DNA of 64,000 bases from Candidatus Hadarchaeales archaeon (GCA_038872135.1 JAVZGN010000003.1:1-64000), one strand, 5' to 3'. Positions 9,274-18,840 are shown, counted from the first letter of the stretch. Notes: generated from the letters alone by a model not told the origin. Numbers and translations: made by a program.

Positions 9274-9843
9274 ATGCTAGAAGCAATCATTGGCTCGAAG
9301 ACCAGAATCAAAGTTTTAACTCTATTTTTGCTCAACCCAGATAGAAAGTTTTACGTTAGAGAACTCGCGAGGAAAACAGGTAAGAATATCAACTCTATTC
9401 GAAGGGAAGTTGGAAAATTGGAGTCTATAGGTCTATTGAGGAGCGAGAAAGTAGGTAACCTCAAGTATTTCGTGGTAAATAAAAAAATGCCGATATACCA
9501 AGAGCTGAGAAGCATGGTTTTGAAGACAGAGGGGGTGAGTGAAATCCTGAGAGAAAATTTGTCTAAACTCGGCGAGGTGGAAGCAGCATTCATCTACGGC
9601 TCATTCGCGAGTGGGGAAGAGCACTCGAAGAGCGATATAGATCTCATCATTGTCGGGGAGGTCAACGAAAGAAAACTGATTCCATTAATTAGGAAGTTGG
9701 AAGGGCAGCTTTCGAGAGAGATAAACTATACTTTGTTCAGCTCGTCAGAGTTCAAGTCAAGGATGAGGAAGAAAGACCCGTTTATCACAAATGTTTTGGA
9801 AGGCAAGAAAATTCATATTCTCGGTGAACCCAGTGAAATTTGA
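9274..9843 (+). CDS. HTH plus minimal nucleotidyltransferase (MNT) antitoxin
   Basis: N-terminal wHTH (FYVRELAR..IRREV); YGSFASG..SDIDLII. Confidence 0.9.
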   Translation: MLEAIIGSKTRIKVLTLFLLNPDRKFYVRELARKTGKNINSIRREVGKLESIGLLRSEKVGNLKYFVVNKKMPIYQELRSMVLKTEGVSEILRENLSKLGEVEAAFIYGSFASGEEHSKSDIDLIIVGEVNERKLIPLIRKLEGQLSREINYTLFSSSEFKSRMRKKDPFITNVLEGKKIHILGEPSEI

Positions 9844-10273
9844 AGAGCTAGAGAGGGAAGGCCTAATAAAGGGCCTGCCGGTGAACAAGAAGAAAGTGAA
9901 GGATTCTTTCCAACTCGGCGAGCGTGATCTAAAACTCGCGGGAAAAATTCTGGGTGAAGACAATGACTGAGCATTTTCGATCGCATACAATTCTATGCTT
10001 CAAGCCGCGCGGGCGCTGATGTCCTCTTATGGTTATAGGCCTGCCGGCGAGGCTCAGCATGTATCTGTGGTGAAGTTTATTGAGGCATGCCTGGGCAGAA
10101 AGCTTGCGGATGTTGTCAATGCATTTGACATGATGAGAAGGAAAAGACATCTCGCCGTTTATGAACGCGCCGGTGCAATATCTGAAACAGATGCTCGCAA
10201 TGCAATTCTATGGGCGAAACAACTCCTAAATGAAGTAGAAAAGATTTTGAGCGCTGGTGGTTTTCTCCGGTGA
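9833..10273 (+). pseudogene. HEPN-domain toxin with in-frame TGA at 9968-9970
   Basis: GTG 9833 MKFEELERE..EDND*AFSIAYNSMLQAARALM..RRKRHLAVY; frame continuous across the stop, where homologues typically have Trp. Confidence 0.85.
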
Positions 10274-10341
10274 TTTTGATTCTCTAGAGTGGCATTGTAA
10301 AGTCACCTAAACCCGCGCATACACAATGAATTTCACGGTAG

Positions 10342-10435
10342 TGGGGTCGCCGGGATTTGAACCCAGGTCACCAGCTTTTCTGCGCCTTTCGGCGTCCCAA
10401 AGCTGGCAGGATAGACCAAGCTACCCCACGACCCC
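10342..10435 (-). tRNA. tRNA-Pro(TGG) with 19-nt canonical 37/38 intron
   Basis: Cloverleaf GGGGTCG..CCAGC TTTGGG[ACGCCGAAAGGCGCAGAAA]A GCTGG..GGTTCAAATCC..CGACCCCA; no encoded CCA. Confidence 0.95.
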
Positions 10436-10462
10436 GCTAAACAATGCTACTTCCTGATAAAA

Positions 10463-11650
10463 TCACTTTCCTTTCAGCCTGACCACAAGCTCTTTCTCCA
10501 GCCAAGCCACTGGGACATCGGGCACGCTCACCTTGGTTGTCCGCCCCCTCTGCCCAGGCCCGGAGAGCTTTAGCCCCACGAGACCAAGCCCCTCCAGCCT
10601 CTTGAGCCTCTCCCAGAGCTTGGTGTGGGAGAGCGGCTCCTCCCCATATTCTTCACATGCCACATGGTAGCTTTTTTCCACATCCCCCATGATGAGATAG
10701 GCCTGCCTTGTTGTCTTCATCCTCCTCGCCACCCCCAGCAAAATCAGCTTCTCGTGTAGCTCGAGCTCATCCAGAACCTCCTTCTTTATCTCGGGGTAAA
10801 CATCTGCCTTGGCTTCTCTGGCGTGCTCGGGGAGAACCGTGTCTTCCCCATCCCTGTCGGCAATCAAGCCGGCCTTCCAGAGGAGCTCGAGGGCAAACCT
10901 AGCGTTCCCAGACCTCCCCGCGATTTCCGCTATCAATGCAACAGTTTCTGGGTCGACAGCCCCCGGCCGGAATGCATCGGGAATTCTCTTGTTCATTATG
11001 TCTTCGAGCTGCTTGGGGGTATAGTTGGGGAGGTTCAGGACGTTGTGGAGAAAGGTGCTTCTGGTGGGAGCGTCTAGCCTGTAAAGGAAGCTCTGATCTC
11101 TGGATATGGTGATCAGGCCCACCCTGCTTTTCTCCCCGCTTTTCTCACCTGCCCTGGTTAAAAGGTAGATGAGATCTGGACCGTTGAGCTGCACAAAGTA
11201 GTCTGCCTCATCCAAAACCAGGAGGAGATATCGATCGTGCGCCGTTAGGTATGCAAAGACCATCTCCAGCAGCTTCTCGGGGCCAAGACTTGTGTACGGC
11301 CAGCGGGGGTTGTAGTGCTGGGCTAGCTTTGCGCAAATGGGGTGGGCCCTCCTTTCAGTCCTGCAGTTGATGTACATGAAGTCCAGGGCCAGTCCTCTTT
11401 CCTTTGCCAGCCCCTCCAGCTCACTCCCGAATTTCAGGCTGAGGACAGTCTTCCCAACGCCGATGTTTCCGGTGATGGATGCTTTTTGGCTCGCTTTGTT
11501 TTGAAGGAGTGGCCTGAAGACCTGTGCAAGCCACCTGAGTTCTTTCTCCCTGTGGACGAGAGTTGGAGGAATGTAGTCTGGGAGAAGCTTGCTGGCGTCG
11601 ATGAAAACACTCTTTCTATGGAGCTCTTCTTCTATGATTCGTCTGGCCAT
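10463..11650 (-). CDS. cdc6: Orc1/Cdc6 replication initiator
   Basis: LLPDYIPPTLVHRE, Walker A GNIGVGKT, Walker B LVLDEAD, GNARFAL, C-terminal wH GQRGRT. Confidence 0.93.
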   Translation of the reverse strand: MARRIIEEELHRKSVFIDASKLLPDYIPPTLVHREKELRWLAQVFRPLLQNKASQKASITGNIGVGKTVLSLKFGSELEGLAKERGLALDFMYINCRTERRAHPICAKLAQHYNPRWPYTSLGPEKLLEMVFAYLTAHDRYLLLVLDEADYFVQLNGPDLIYLLTRAGEKSGEKSRVGLITISRDQSFLYRLDAPTRSTFLHNVLNLPNYTPKQLEDIMNKRIPDAFRPGAVDPETVALIAEIAGRSGNARFALELLWKAGLIADRDGEDTVLPEHAREAKADVYPEIKKEVLDELELHEKLILLGVARRMKTTRQAYLIMGDVEKSYHVACEEYGEEPLSHTKLWERLKRLEGLGLVGLKLSGPGQRGRTTKVSVPDVPVAWLEKELVVRLKGK

Positions 11651-11680
11651 TTTTCCCCAGCAGAAATGTTGGTTTTAATC

Positions 11681-12889
11681 TCAATAAGAGTTGCGCCGCT
11701 TGAACGCAAACTTCACGAGAACCGGCGAGACGATGCTCGTTACCAGCACAACCAGAACTGTCATTGAATAAAGTGCCTGACCGACGGCTCCAGCCTGCAG
11801 CCCCACCGAGGCCATGATCAGCGCCACCTCAGCCCTCGGCATCATCCCAACCCCAACCTTCAGTGAATCGCGTGGGCTGAAGCCGCTGAGAAGCGCCCCG
11901 CCGCCGCAGCCCAAGATTTTGTCGAACATGGCGATGGCGAGGAATCCGATTGCAAGAAGACTCACGTTCAGAAGTGCTGGGAGATCCACCTCCGCCCCAG
12001 CGAGAACAAAGAAAATCGGAATGAAGAATCCATACCCCACCGTTGAAACCTTTTCTCTGAGCAAGGCCCCCATCGGGGTTTTTCGAGCCATCATCCCCAC
12101 CAGGAACGCTCCGGTTATTGCTGCGATGTGGACTTTTTCCGCGAGTGCCGAGACGATAAAGGTGACGGCCAGGGCGCCAGAAAGAACCACCTCTTCTGCC
12201 CTGAGTCTGCCGAGATATGTGATGATTTTTGGTATAAGCCTGAATCCAGCGATTCCAGCGCACAGGAAGAAGGCCGCCATCAGCGCCAGAATTTGAGCCA
12301 CGTCCAGCACAGATACGCTGGCTGTGGCAACGCCAGCGAGAATGGTGAGGGCAATGATGCCGAAGACATCGTCGATGACAGCGGCCCCAAGGATTGCGAT
12401 ACCTGGTTTTGAGTGGAGCTCGTTGATTTCTAGGAGGGTCCTGACCGTTATTCCGACGCTGGTGGCCATGAGGACTCCGCCGGCGAAAGCCGCTTCAAGT
12501 AGGCCCCACCCGAAAAGGGACGCAGCTCCAAACCCCAGAGCAAAGGCTGTGAGGGCTCCAGTGGCTGCGATCACCGAGGCTGGCTTTCCAGCCTTCCTGA
12601 ACTCTTTCACATCCACTGAGAGACCGGCTAGGAAGAGAAGCAAAATGATCCCTATCTGAGAGAGCATGCCCGCGACCTTTCCAGCTGGCGATGATGGATC
12701 GAGGCAAAGCGGGAGACCTAAAATTTGCGAGGAGAGCCACCCCGCCACCGATGGGCCGATTAAGATCCCAGCGATGATCTCACCAACTACAGCTGGCTGT
12801 TTTAATCTCGAGAATATCGCCCCCCCAACTTTTGCCGCTATCAGGATGAGGGCGAGGTATAGGAGAAGCGAAGATAGTTCAGCTTCCAT
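11681..12889 (-). CDS. Cation:proton antiporter (CPA2/NapA family)
   Basis: QPAVVGEIIAG, ATSVGIT, AAVIDD, GMMPRAEVA; many TM helices. Confidence 0.92.
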   Translation of the reverse strand: MEAELSSLLLYLALILIAAKVGGAIFSRLKQPAVVGEIIAGILIGPSVAGWLSSQILGLPLCLDPSSPAGKVAGMLSQIGIILLLFLAGLSVDVKEFRKAGKPASVIAATGALTAFALGFGAASLFGWGLLEAAFAGGVLMATSVGITVRTLLEINELHSKPGIAILGAAVIDDVFGIIALTILAGVATASVSVLDVAQILALMAAFFLCAGIAGFRLIPKIITYLGRLRAEEVVLSGALAVTFIVSALAEKVHIAAITGAFLVGMMARKTPMGALLREKVSTVGYGFFIPIFFVLAGAEVDLPALLNVSLLAIGFLAIAMFDKILGCGGGALLSGFSPRDSLKVGVGMMPRAEVALIMASVGLQAGAVGQALYSMTVLVVLVTSIVSPVLVKFAFKRRNSY

Positions 12890-12899
12890 AGCCCTTCAC

Positions 12900-13367
12900 C
12901 TACTTCAAGAGCTTGTAGGCCTGGATGATGTCTCTCAGGTGGACGAGCCCCACAAGCTTTTTCCCCTTCACAACCGGGATCCTCCTGAGCTTGTGGATCC
13001 TCATGAGCTCCAGCGCATCTCCGACTTTTGCATCGGGCTTTACCGTTATCGGATTTTCTGTCATTATATCCTCCACCTTTTCTGCGCTCGTTTTCATGAG
13101 CTCCTTTATGCTCGCGCTTCCGACGAGTTTGTCGGGGAGGCGCGGGCAGAGGACATGCAGGATATCACTCTCTGTGACTATTCCCAGGAGGTTCAGGTCT
13201 TTGTCCACAACGGGGAAGCATGCGTCTATCTCCCCGAGCATTCTTTCGATGAGCCCGGTTATCGTGGTGTCTGGTTTGACGGTTCTCGGGCGGCGGTTCA
13301 TTATCTCCTCGACTTTCATTTCCGCAAGCCTTCGCGAAATTGTAACGATTTTTTCGGGCATCACCAC
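12900..13367 (-). CDS. CBS-pair protein
   Basis: Two CBS repeats (FPVVD..LLGIVTESD; IPVV..LVGLV); start may be ATG 13319. Confidence 0.9.
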   Translation of the reverse strand: MVMPEKIVTISRRLAEMKVEEIMNRRPRTVKPDTTITGLIERMLGEIDACFPVVDKDLNLLGIVTESDILHVLCPRLPDKLVGSASIKELMKTSAEKVEDIMTENPITVKPDAKVGDALELMRIHKLRRIPVVKGKKLVGLVHLRDIIQAYKLLK

Positions 13368-13644
13368 TCCATCGCTTCCAGTGTTCTTTAGGCTTTTGTG
13401 CGGGGGTTAAATTCCACAAGCGGTGCCCTTCAAATAAGCCTTTGGCCTTTTAGCCTAATCCGTTATAATTCATTCTGGAGGCTGGCTCGGGACGAGACAG
13501 GATTGAAAACCTCGTATGCATTGCGAATACAAAATGTGATGCGTTTCTTTTCCTCCAGCCCTAGCCAATGTATCACAATAAGAGGCCGTCATCCAGTGAT
13601 TGGGCGGATTGAAACTTTTTGCTTAAACGATATTGAAACATCTA

Positions 13645-15279
13645 TCAAAAATTCCAAATTTTAGGAGCAAAAGTTGCAAATTTTATCTGTCTTCTTTGAA
13701 TCTCTTTCTTTCCCCATTTTTTGTAATTCCACAAACTCTTTGTAATCTCAAAAGCAGATTTTTTGAATTCATTTCGCTTAGTTTGAAATCCATCATTTTT
13801 TACTCGCCGATTATACTCTCTACCGATCAATGTCAAATTTCCTAACATCTTTACTACTTTCTCGTCATGATTTGGCCAGTCGCGGCTCGGTTTTTTCGGC
13901 ATCACATGTTCGATTTCCACTTCTATTCTACCCACTGGTTTTTCTCTTGCAGCAGTTCTTCCCGCTATGTATTCTTCTATCTTTCTGAGGAGATGCTTAG
14001 CTACTGGTGTGGATAATTCCGTTAATAGCTCGAAGTTTTTTTGAAACTCCATATCGGATGGGCACATTTTCTTAGCTTCCTCTTTAATTTGCGCCAAGGT
14101 TTTATCAACATTTTTCGATTTTCTCAGCTCGATAGCCCATTCAGAATATTTCCGTTCCAGGAGGTTGGGGTTTCCCTCCCCTACTATCAAGTATCTAACA
14201 GCAATCGTATCGCATAAGTTTATCACGCTCTCAAGATCGATATTTTTAGATTTAGCAGAGAGCATTAGCGGAAGGTGCTGAGAGATCCCCATCTCTCGGA
14301 AATCTATTAGGTCGTTCCCATAAGGATCTTCCATCGCCGGGTATAACAGTTCGACATAAAAATCGGCCTCTTTTTGTAAATCTCTCGCAAATTGAAAAGG
14401 ATCTTTTTTTGTCTCCAAATATCTTACTATTTCCCCATAGAGCTTTCGTTGAGTTACCACTCCAAAGTTTGAAAGCCAAAAGTGCCTTAAAAATTTAGAA
14501 ATATCGATACCGTTCTCTCTAAGCGTCTTTTCAATCGCGGCCCAAATGGATTCCATATCTCTTTGTTTTCTACTTCGTTCTGCAAGAGCTAGAAGTTTAT
14601 TTTTCACGAGGTCTGCTACCGAAAGCTCAACTCCTCTAGTGTTTAAAACTTCGAATATAGTAAACGGATCGCTCCCCTGCCCAACAACGACAGCAACACA
14701 GACTACCTTTTCTGTTAGAAAATCTGCAAATGCAAAGAGTTCTTTGTTTTCTATTCTGCTAAATTTATCTTTCATAAATTGGTATAGTTCCTTTAGGATG
14801 TTTTTTTGTGGTCTCCCGCGCCTTCTAATCGGAGTAAATTCCGATCCTTTGCCCTCGCGCAGGTACTGTAGATACTGTGTTTCAAACCGCCCCTCTGGTG
14901 GCTGAAATATAATCATTTTTTCTCCTGTCAATTTTTCTATTTCAATGTATTCAGAAATCTTCTTGGCTTTATCCTCTAAATTTCTTTCTTTCAAAACATC
15001 TCGCAATGCTATTAAAGTGAGTGTGATTGTCCACAATCTTTGTTGACCGTCTATTATGCTTCTGAGGCTTTTACCTTCGTCTTTGAAAACCATAGCACCT
15101 AAAAAATATTCTGGCTCTTCCCCTTTGAATGCGGAGTATATGTCATCCCAAAACTGGGTATATTGCTCCTCCTTCCACGCATAAGGGCGTTGAAAAGGTG
15201 GAACTCTATATTGCACTCTCAGCAGATCCGAAATACGCTGCACGCGAGCCTCTTCTAGTATCTTCTCTTCCATTTTCAT
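13645..15279 (-). CDS. DUF262 + DUF1524 (HNH) GmrSD-like modification-dependent restriction nuclease
   Basis: VPPFQRPYAW, IIDGQQRL, IFEVLNTRG; C-terminal EIEHVMP..LGNLTL..N. Confidence 0.9.
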   Translation of the reverse strand: MKMEEKILEEARVQRISDLLRVQYRVPPFQRPYAWKEEQYTQFWDDIYSAFKGEEPEYFLGAMVFKDEGKSLRSIIDGQQRLWTITLTLIALRDVLKERNLEDKAKKISEYIEIEKLTGEKMIIFQPPEGRFETQYLQYLREGKGSEFTPIRRRGRPQKNILKELYQFMKDKFSRIENKELFAFADFLTEKVVCVAVVVGQGSDPFTIFEVLNTRGVELSVADLVKNKLLALAERSRKQRDMESIWAAIEKTLRENGIDISKFLRHFWLSNFGVVTQRKLYGEIVRYLETKKDPFQFARDLQKEADFYVELLYPAMEDPYGNDLIDFREMGISQHLPLMLSAKSKNIDLESVINLCDTIAVRYLIVGEGNPNLLERKYSEWAIELRKSKNVDKTLAQIKEEAKKMCPSDMEFQKNFELLTELSTPVAKHLLRKIEEYIAGRTAAREKPVGRIEVEIEHVMPKKPSRDWPNHDEKVVKMLGNLTLIGREYNRRVKNDGFQTKRNEFKKSAFEITKSLWNYKKWGKKEIQRRQIKFATFAPKIWNF

Positions 15280-15339
15280 TTCATTTCCTCTCAAAATTTA
15301 TATAACCCTTATTGTGCCATTCGAATGAGTCGCCATGTA

Positions 15340-15890
15340 GGGCCTTGGCCCAACTTCTACAATCCATTTTGGAGCTGGCTGGGGATGAGATGGGGTTGAA
15401 AAACACATGGGAGGTGATCAACCATGTCGGAACTTTAAGAGTTCCTAACACGTGTTGTCCCGTATGCGTTTGGTTGGAGAGCACAAAAAGTTTTCGAACG
15501 TAATTAAAAGCCAGCTGCAAGTTTTTGCCTGCTACTCCTACATGCTAGGCCGAGCTTCGAGCAAACTAGCAGGCTTCTGGCAGACATTAAGAGGTGTCTG
15601 ATGCACTGCGATGGAAAGCCTGTGCTCGTCAGCGATGGCGGTCCTTGGTACAGGTGGCCGGCAAAGAGGCTTTGGCTGAAGCCCATGGTCGTCTCTGGCG
15701 GGATCAGAAGCTACATCGAGCGTTTCTTTGAAACTTTCAAGGACAGGATCAGAGCATTTGACTGCTTCTTTCCAACCAGCGGGACTGAAAGCGTGCAACG
15801 GTCTTGTTATGCACTCGCGTTTTTCTACAACCACTGCCGATGGCATCAATCGATGAGAAAACCACCATCCGGTGGCGTGGGCGGTTTGAA
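15340..15890 (+). mobile_element. Degenerate IS6-family transposase remnant
   Basis: C-terminal DDE fragment LVSDGGPWY..RSYIERFFETFKDR..FFYNHCRWHQ; RBS GGAGGTGA and ATG 15424 followed by an early TAA; right end not found. Confidence 0.75.
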
Positions 15891-15965
15891 ACTTACGGAA
15901 GTGTTTATTTTTTGGGTAGTCCCTGTGTGAGATCTTTTCTATCGACATATACTCTGTTTTCCCGC

Positions 15966-16118
15966 TCATTTCGACTGCGAGTTCTTCTTCACCCATTCTC
16001 CCAAAGCTTCCACGATAGCATTAGTAAGGAAACCTTTTCGGGCTCCAAATTTTTTTACCGCTAGCTGTCTTAACTTTTCCTCAAGTTCATCGGGAATCCT
16101 GAGATTTAGTTGTCCTAT
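15966..16118 (-). CDS. Small ribbon-helix-helix DNA-binding protein (ATA start, or pseudogene)
   Basis: (M)GQLNLRIPDELEEKLRQLAVKKFGARKGFLTNAIVEALGEWVKK; GGAGGGG upstream of ATA; in-frame TAG further upstream. Confidence 0.65.
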   Translation of the reverse strand: MGQLNLRIPDELEEKLRQLAVKKFGARKGFLTNAIVEALGEWVKKNSQSK

Positions 16119-16217
16119 CCTTATCCCCTCCTTGAAAGATATCTACATTTCTTCTTTTCTTCTGGATAGGCTTAAAATGTTTTCTGAAAATGGATGTGAG
16201 AAAACTCAGACCTGGCC

Positions 16218-16871
16218 GTGGTGAGCTTGAAATTCGAAACTGTAGAGAAAAAAATAAGAAAATTGGGTGTGGGCGAAGAGATGGAACTATACACTTCTGA
16301 GAATTGTTCACGGATATATGTTAGAAAACCAGAGAAAGTGCCAAAGCGCTTAGTCCGAAAAATACCGCCAGAATTGAACTTTCAGATATTTCTCAAGATA
16401 CCAGAAAAAGAAGAGTTCAGACCTAATCATCTCCGGGTTTTAATTGATTATCATTTAAAAAAGAAAAGCAGGCCAGAACTTTTCAGGCCTCTTATTTCAT
16501 CTGTGGAAAAAATTTATGCGGGCGAAGATCCAGACATATTGCTAAAAGATTTTGACACATACAATTTTCCAATGCAAATAGACCCACTCGATATCACCTT
16601 CTATTTGACACAGCTTTTCATGGTTGAGCAGAAAATAACTTGGGGTGAAGGTTCGGGCCAAGAAAGCAACTATGATCCACCCCACTTATTTTTTATGGGG
16701 TATCTCCGGATGGTATTTGACGATGCACAAGAGATAGACAAGATATGCTGGGGTGCTGCTAATAGAAATCCGCCACAAGCTCGGTATACAAAATACGACA
16801 ACAAAAAAGGGAAGGAATATAAAGAAGATAAAAGTCCCTTTTGGTGGTTAACCGCTAAACAAATGGAATAG
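16218..16871 (+). CDS. Hypothetical protein in defence islet (candidate restriction endonuclease)
   Basis: Intact 217-aa AT-rich ORF with no family recognised; near a DNA methyltransferase. Confidence 0.7.
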   Translation: MVSLKFETVEKKIRKLGVGEEMELYTSENCSRIYVRKPEKVPKRLVRKIPPELNFQIFLKIPEKEEFRPNHLRVLIDYHLKKKSRPELFRPLISSVEKIYAGEDPDILLKDFDTYNFPMQIDPLDITFYLTQLFMVEQKITWGEGSGQESNYDPPHLFFMGYLRMVFDDAQEIDKICWGAANRNPPQARYTKYDNKKGKEYKEDKSPFWWLTAKQME

Positions 16872-17502
16872 TGGAAGAGTAGAAAAATCGTGGGAAGCTC
16901 AAATTACACGTGCCCCGACTTAAAAACAAAAAGATATTCATGAGCAAGCAAAGAAGATCGTTTTTGATAGCTCTACCCACCCAGTACTTTGTGCATTGGC
17001 AATTCGTTGGATCTTAAGATCTCTTTCAGTACAACACCAGCGTCGAGAAATGCTCTAAAAACTTCAAACCCCAAGGGAACCACATGTTGGTTTCTTCCTA
17101 GATCTCCAATTAAACTGCACAAATTGCGCTTGATTCAAGAACCCCTAAAATCGCGGCTATTGTGTTGAGGATTGGCGAAAATCCGACAAAAGAGATCGTG
17201 GGAGTAGGATAACTGACTGGAATTGGGATAGTTTTTGTGTTTATTACCGGTTTGAATAATGGAGTTGCTAACATGAATAAAGATGATTGATGAGGATGGA
17301 ACCTTGCACAGCTATACTGTCAATGTGATTGTAGCGAAAGAAGAGGCTTTATCTGTTAGTGTAGCATTTGACGGAGCCGTAATGCTGCTTGGTATGTGTT
17401 CTTCGTTCTAGCAAGTTGCCATCCATTTAAAGTTCCATAATTTCGAGATTCGTTTTTATTCTTACTCCTCTCTAGGTGTTTGCTGCCTTTAAGATGTGAG
17501 TT

Positions 17503-18411
17503 TTATTCCTTGTTCCACCATTTTATACTATCCTTAAACTGACTTAACTTCTCGTTCTTACCGGGTTTTCTAAAAACATACAAATGCTCGTGAGCTATAA
17601 GCAGAAAATCGTATTTACCCCTCCATTTTTCTCTTGTGGATTTCATTTTCCATTGCATTTTGATTATATCTTCGCGAAGGATGAAGCCAGCGTCCAAAAA
17701 TGATTGTAGAACTCTCAGGGCGATAGGAACGAAATGCTTGTGTCTCCTGGTGTCTCCTATGAGAATTGCACAGTGTTTGTTAGGCTTCAATACACGATAG
17801 CTTTCCTCCGCAATTTTGTACATTTCCTCGGCAAACTCTGTAATGTTATGCACGCTGGAAAGGTCTCCCTCCACGCGTTGGTTGGAATATGGGATGATAC
17901 TTGCGTAAGGAGGGTGAGTAGCGATTAAGTCGACGCTTTCGTCCTCAATCAAGTTAAGGTTGCGGGCATCGCCAATATAAGTCTTAATCTCGGGCTCTTC
18001 ATATTCTTCATTAAAAGGCTTATATTCGAAATCCAATCGATTGCGCATAACCATCACCGCATCAGGATTAATGTCCACACCGATCCCCCGTCTTTGAAGC
18101 AGTTTACACTCTACGAGGGTAGTTCCAGAGCCAGCCATCTGGTCGAGAACTAAATCGCCTTTTTTTGTGTAGCGTAGAATCAGATTGCGAGGAATATAAG
18201 GGGACCAATTTCCACGATAATTGCCAATGTGAGTTGCCCAATCGCCTCTATCTGGAAACGACCAAACTGTGGTAGTCTCAAGGGTAAAATCTTCTGGGGC
18301 AAACTTCGTAATTTCATGTTTCTTTGGCAACGGGACCTTAACATTTTCGATAATTACATGGTCATGTCTTTCTAAGAATTTTAGATAATCTTCATAGGTT
18401 ACTTCTTCCAT
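17503..18411 (-). CDS. DNA amino-methyltransferase (N4-C/N6-A)
   Basis: TTVWSFPDRGDWATH, VLDQMAGSGTT (SAM binding), THPPY (catalytic); start set at MEEVTY, although the ORF is open to 18606. Confidence 0.88.
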   Translation of the reverse strand: MEEVTYEDYLKFLERHDHVIIENVKVPLPKKHEITKFAPEDFTLETTTVWSFPDRGDWATHIGNYRGNWSPYIPRNLILRYTKKGDLVLDQMAGSGTTLVECKLLQRRGIGVDINPDAVMVMRNRLDFEYKPFNEEYEEPEIKTYIGDARNLNLIEDESVDLIATHPPYASIIPYSNQRVEGDLSSVHNITEFAEEMYKIAEESYRVLKPNKHCAILIGDTRRHKHFVPIALRVLQSFLDAGFILREDIIKMQWKMKSTREKWRGKYDFLLIAHEHLYVFRKPGKNEKLSQFKDSIKWWNKE

Positions 18412-18706
18412 CGGCCTATAGCTTTTGGATGTCATTTTACCATCTCTCGTCTTCATCCAACTATGAGCATCGACACTTTCATCGAAAGACTCGTTTGCTG
18501 TTTTTATTATCTTATAGCGCATGAAGTCAGCCAACTTCTCCCCTAAGTATTTTGGGCGGAGGCTCTTTATAAGGAAGTAGTTTTTCAAATCGCTCATAGA
18601 CAACATCCATCGACTTCAAAACCCGGACTGAAGAGATTTTTTCTGGCAACAGGAGATTACCTGTCGTACGGAAATCCTAAGAGCCCAATTTTACCTTTTG
18701 AGCTCA

Positions 18707-18794
18707 TGGTGCGGGGGAGGGGATTTGAACCCCTGAACTCCTTCGAGACCAGATCTTGAGTCTGGCGCCGTTGACCTGGCTTGGCTACCCCCGC
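18707..18794 (-). tRNA. tRNA-Leu(CAA)
   Basis: 88-nt cloverleaf with long variable arm, CCAGA CT CAA GA TCTGG, encoded CCA. Confidence 0.96.
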
Positions 18795-18840
18795 AATTGA
18801 AACTTTTTTCCGCAGATTAATAAGTTAAAGCGGCGAAAGG

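Larger units (their letters stand above)
13398..18717. mobile_element. Low-GC defence islet at the 3' end of tRNA-Leu (degraded integrative element)
   Basis: AT-rich block with nuclease, methylase and IS relic; 9-bp direct repeat GTGCGGGGG at 13398-13406 and 18709-18717 (the tRNA 3' end); no integrase seen. Confidence 0.6.

Noticed and set aside
9968-9970. Selenocysteine or UGA=Trp recoding in the HEPN gene
   Set aside because: The position corresponds to Trp rather than Cys, TGA is used as a normal stop throughout the window, and no SECIS is evident
10273-11681. Replication origin beside cdc6
   Set aside because: Flanking gaps are short and I found no repeated ORB (TTCCAxTxGAAA plus G-string) elements
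16872-17500. Possible genes in the AT-rich gap of the defence islet
   Set aside because: Only short interrupted frames; no product could be supported
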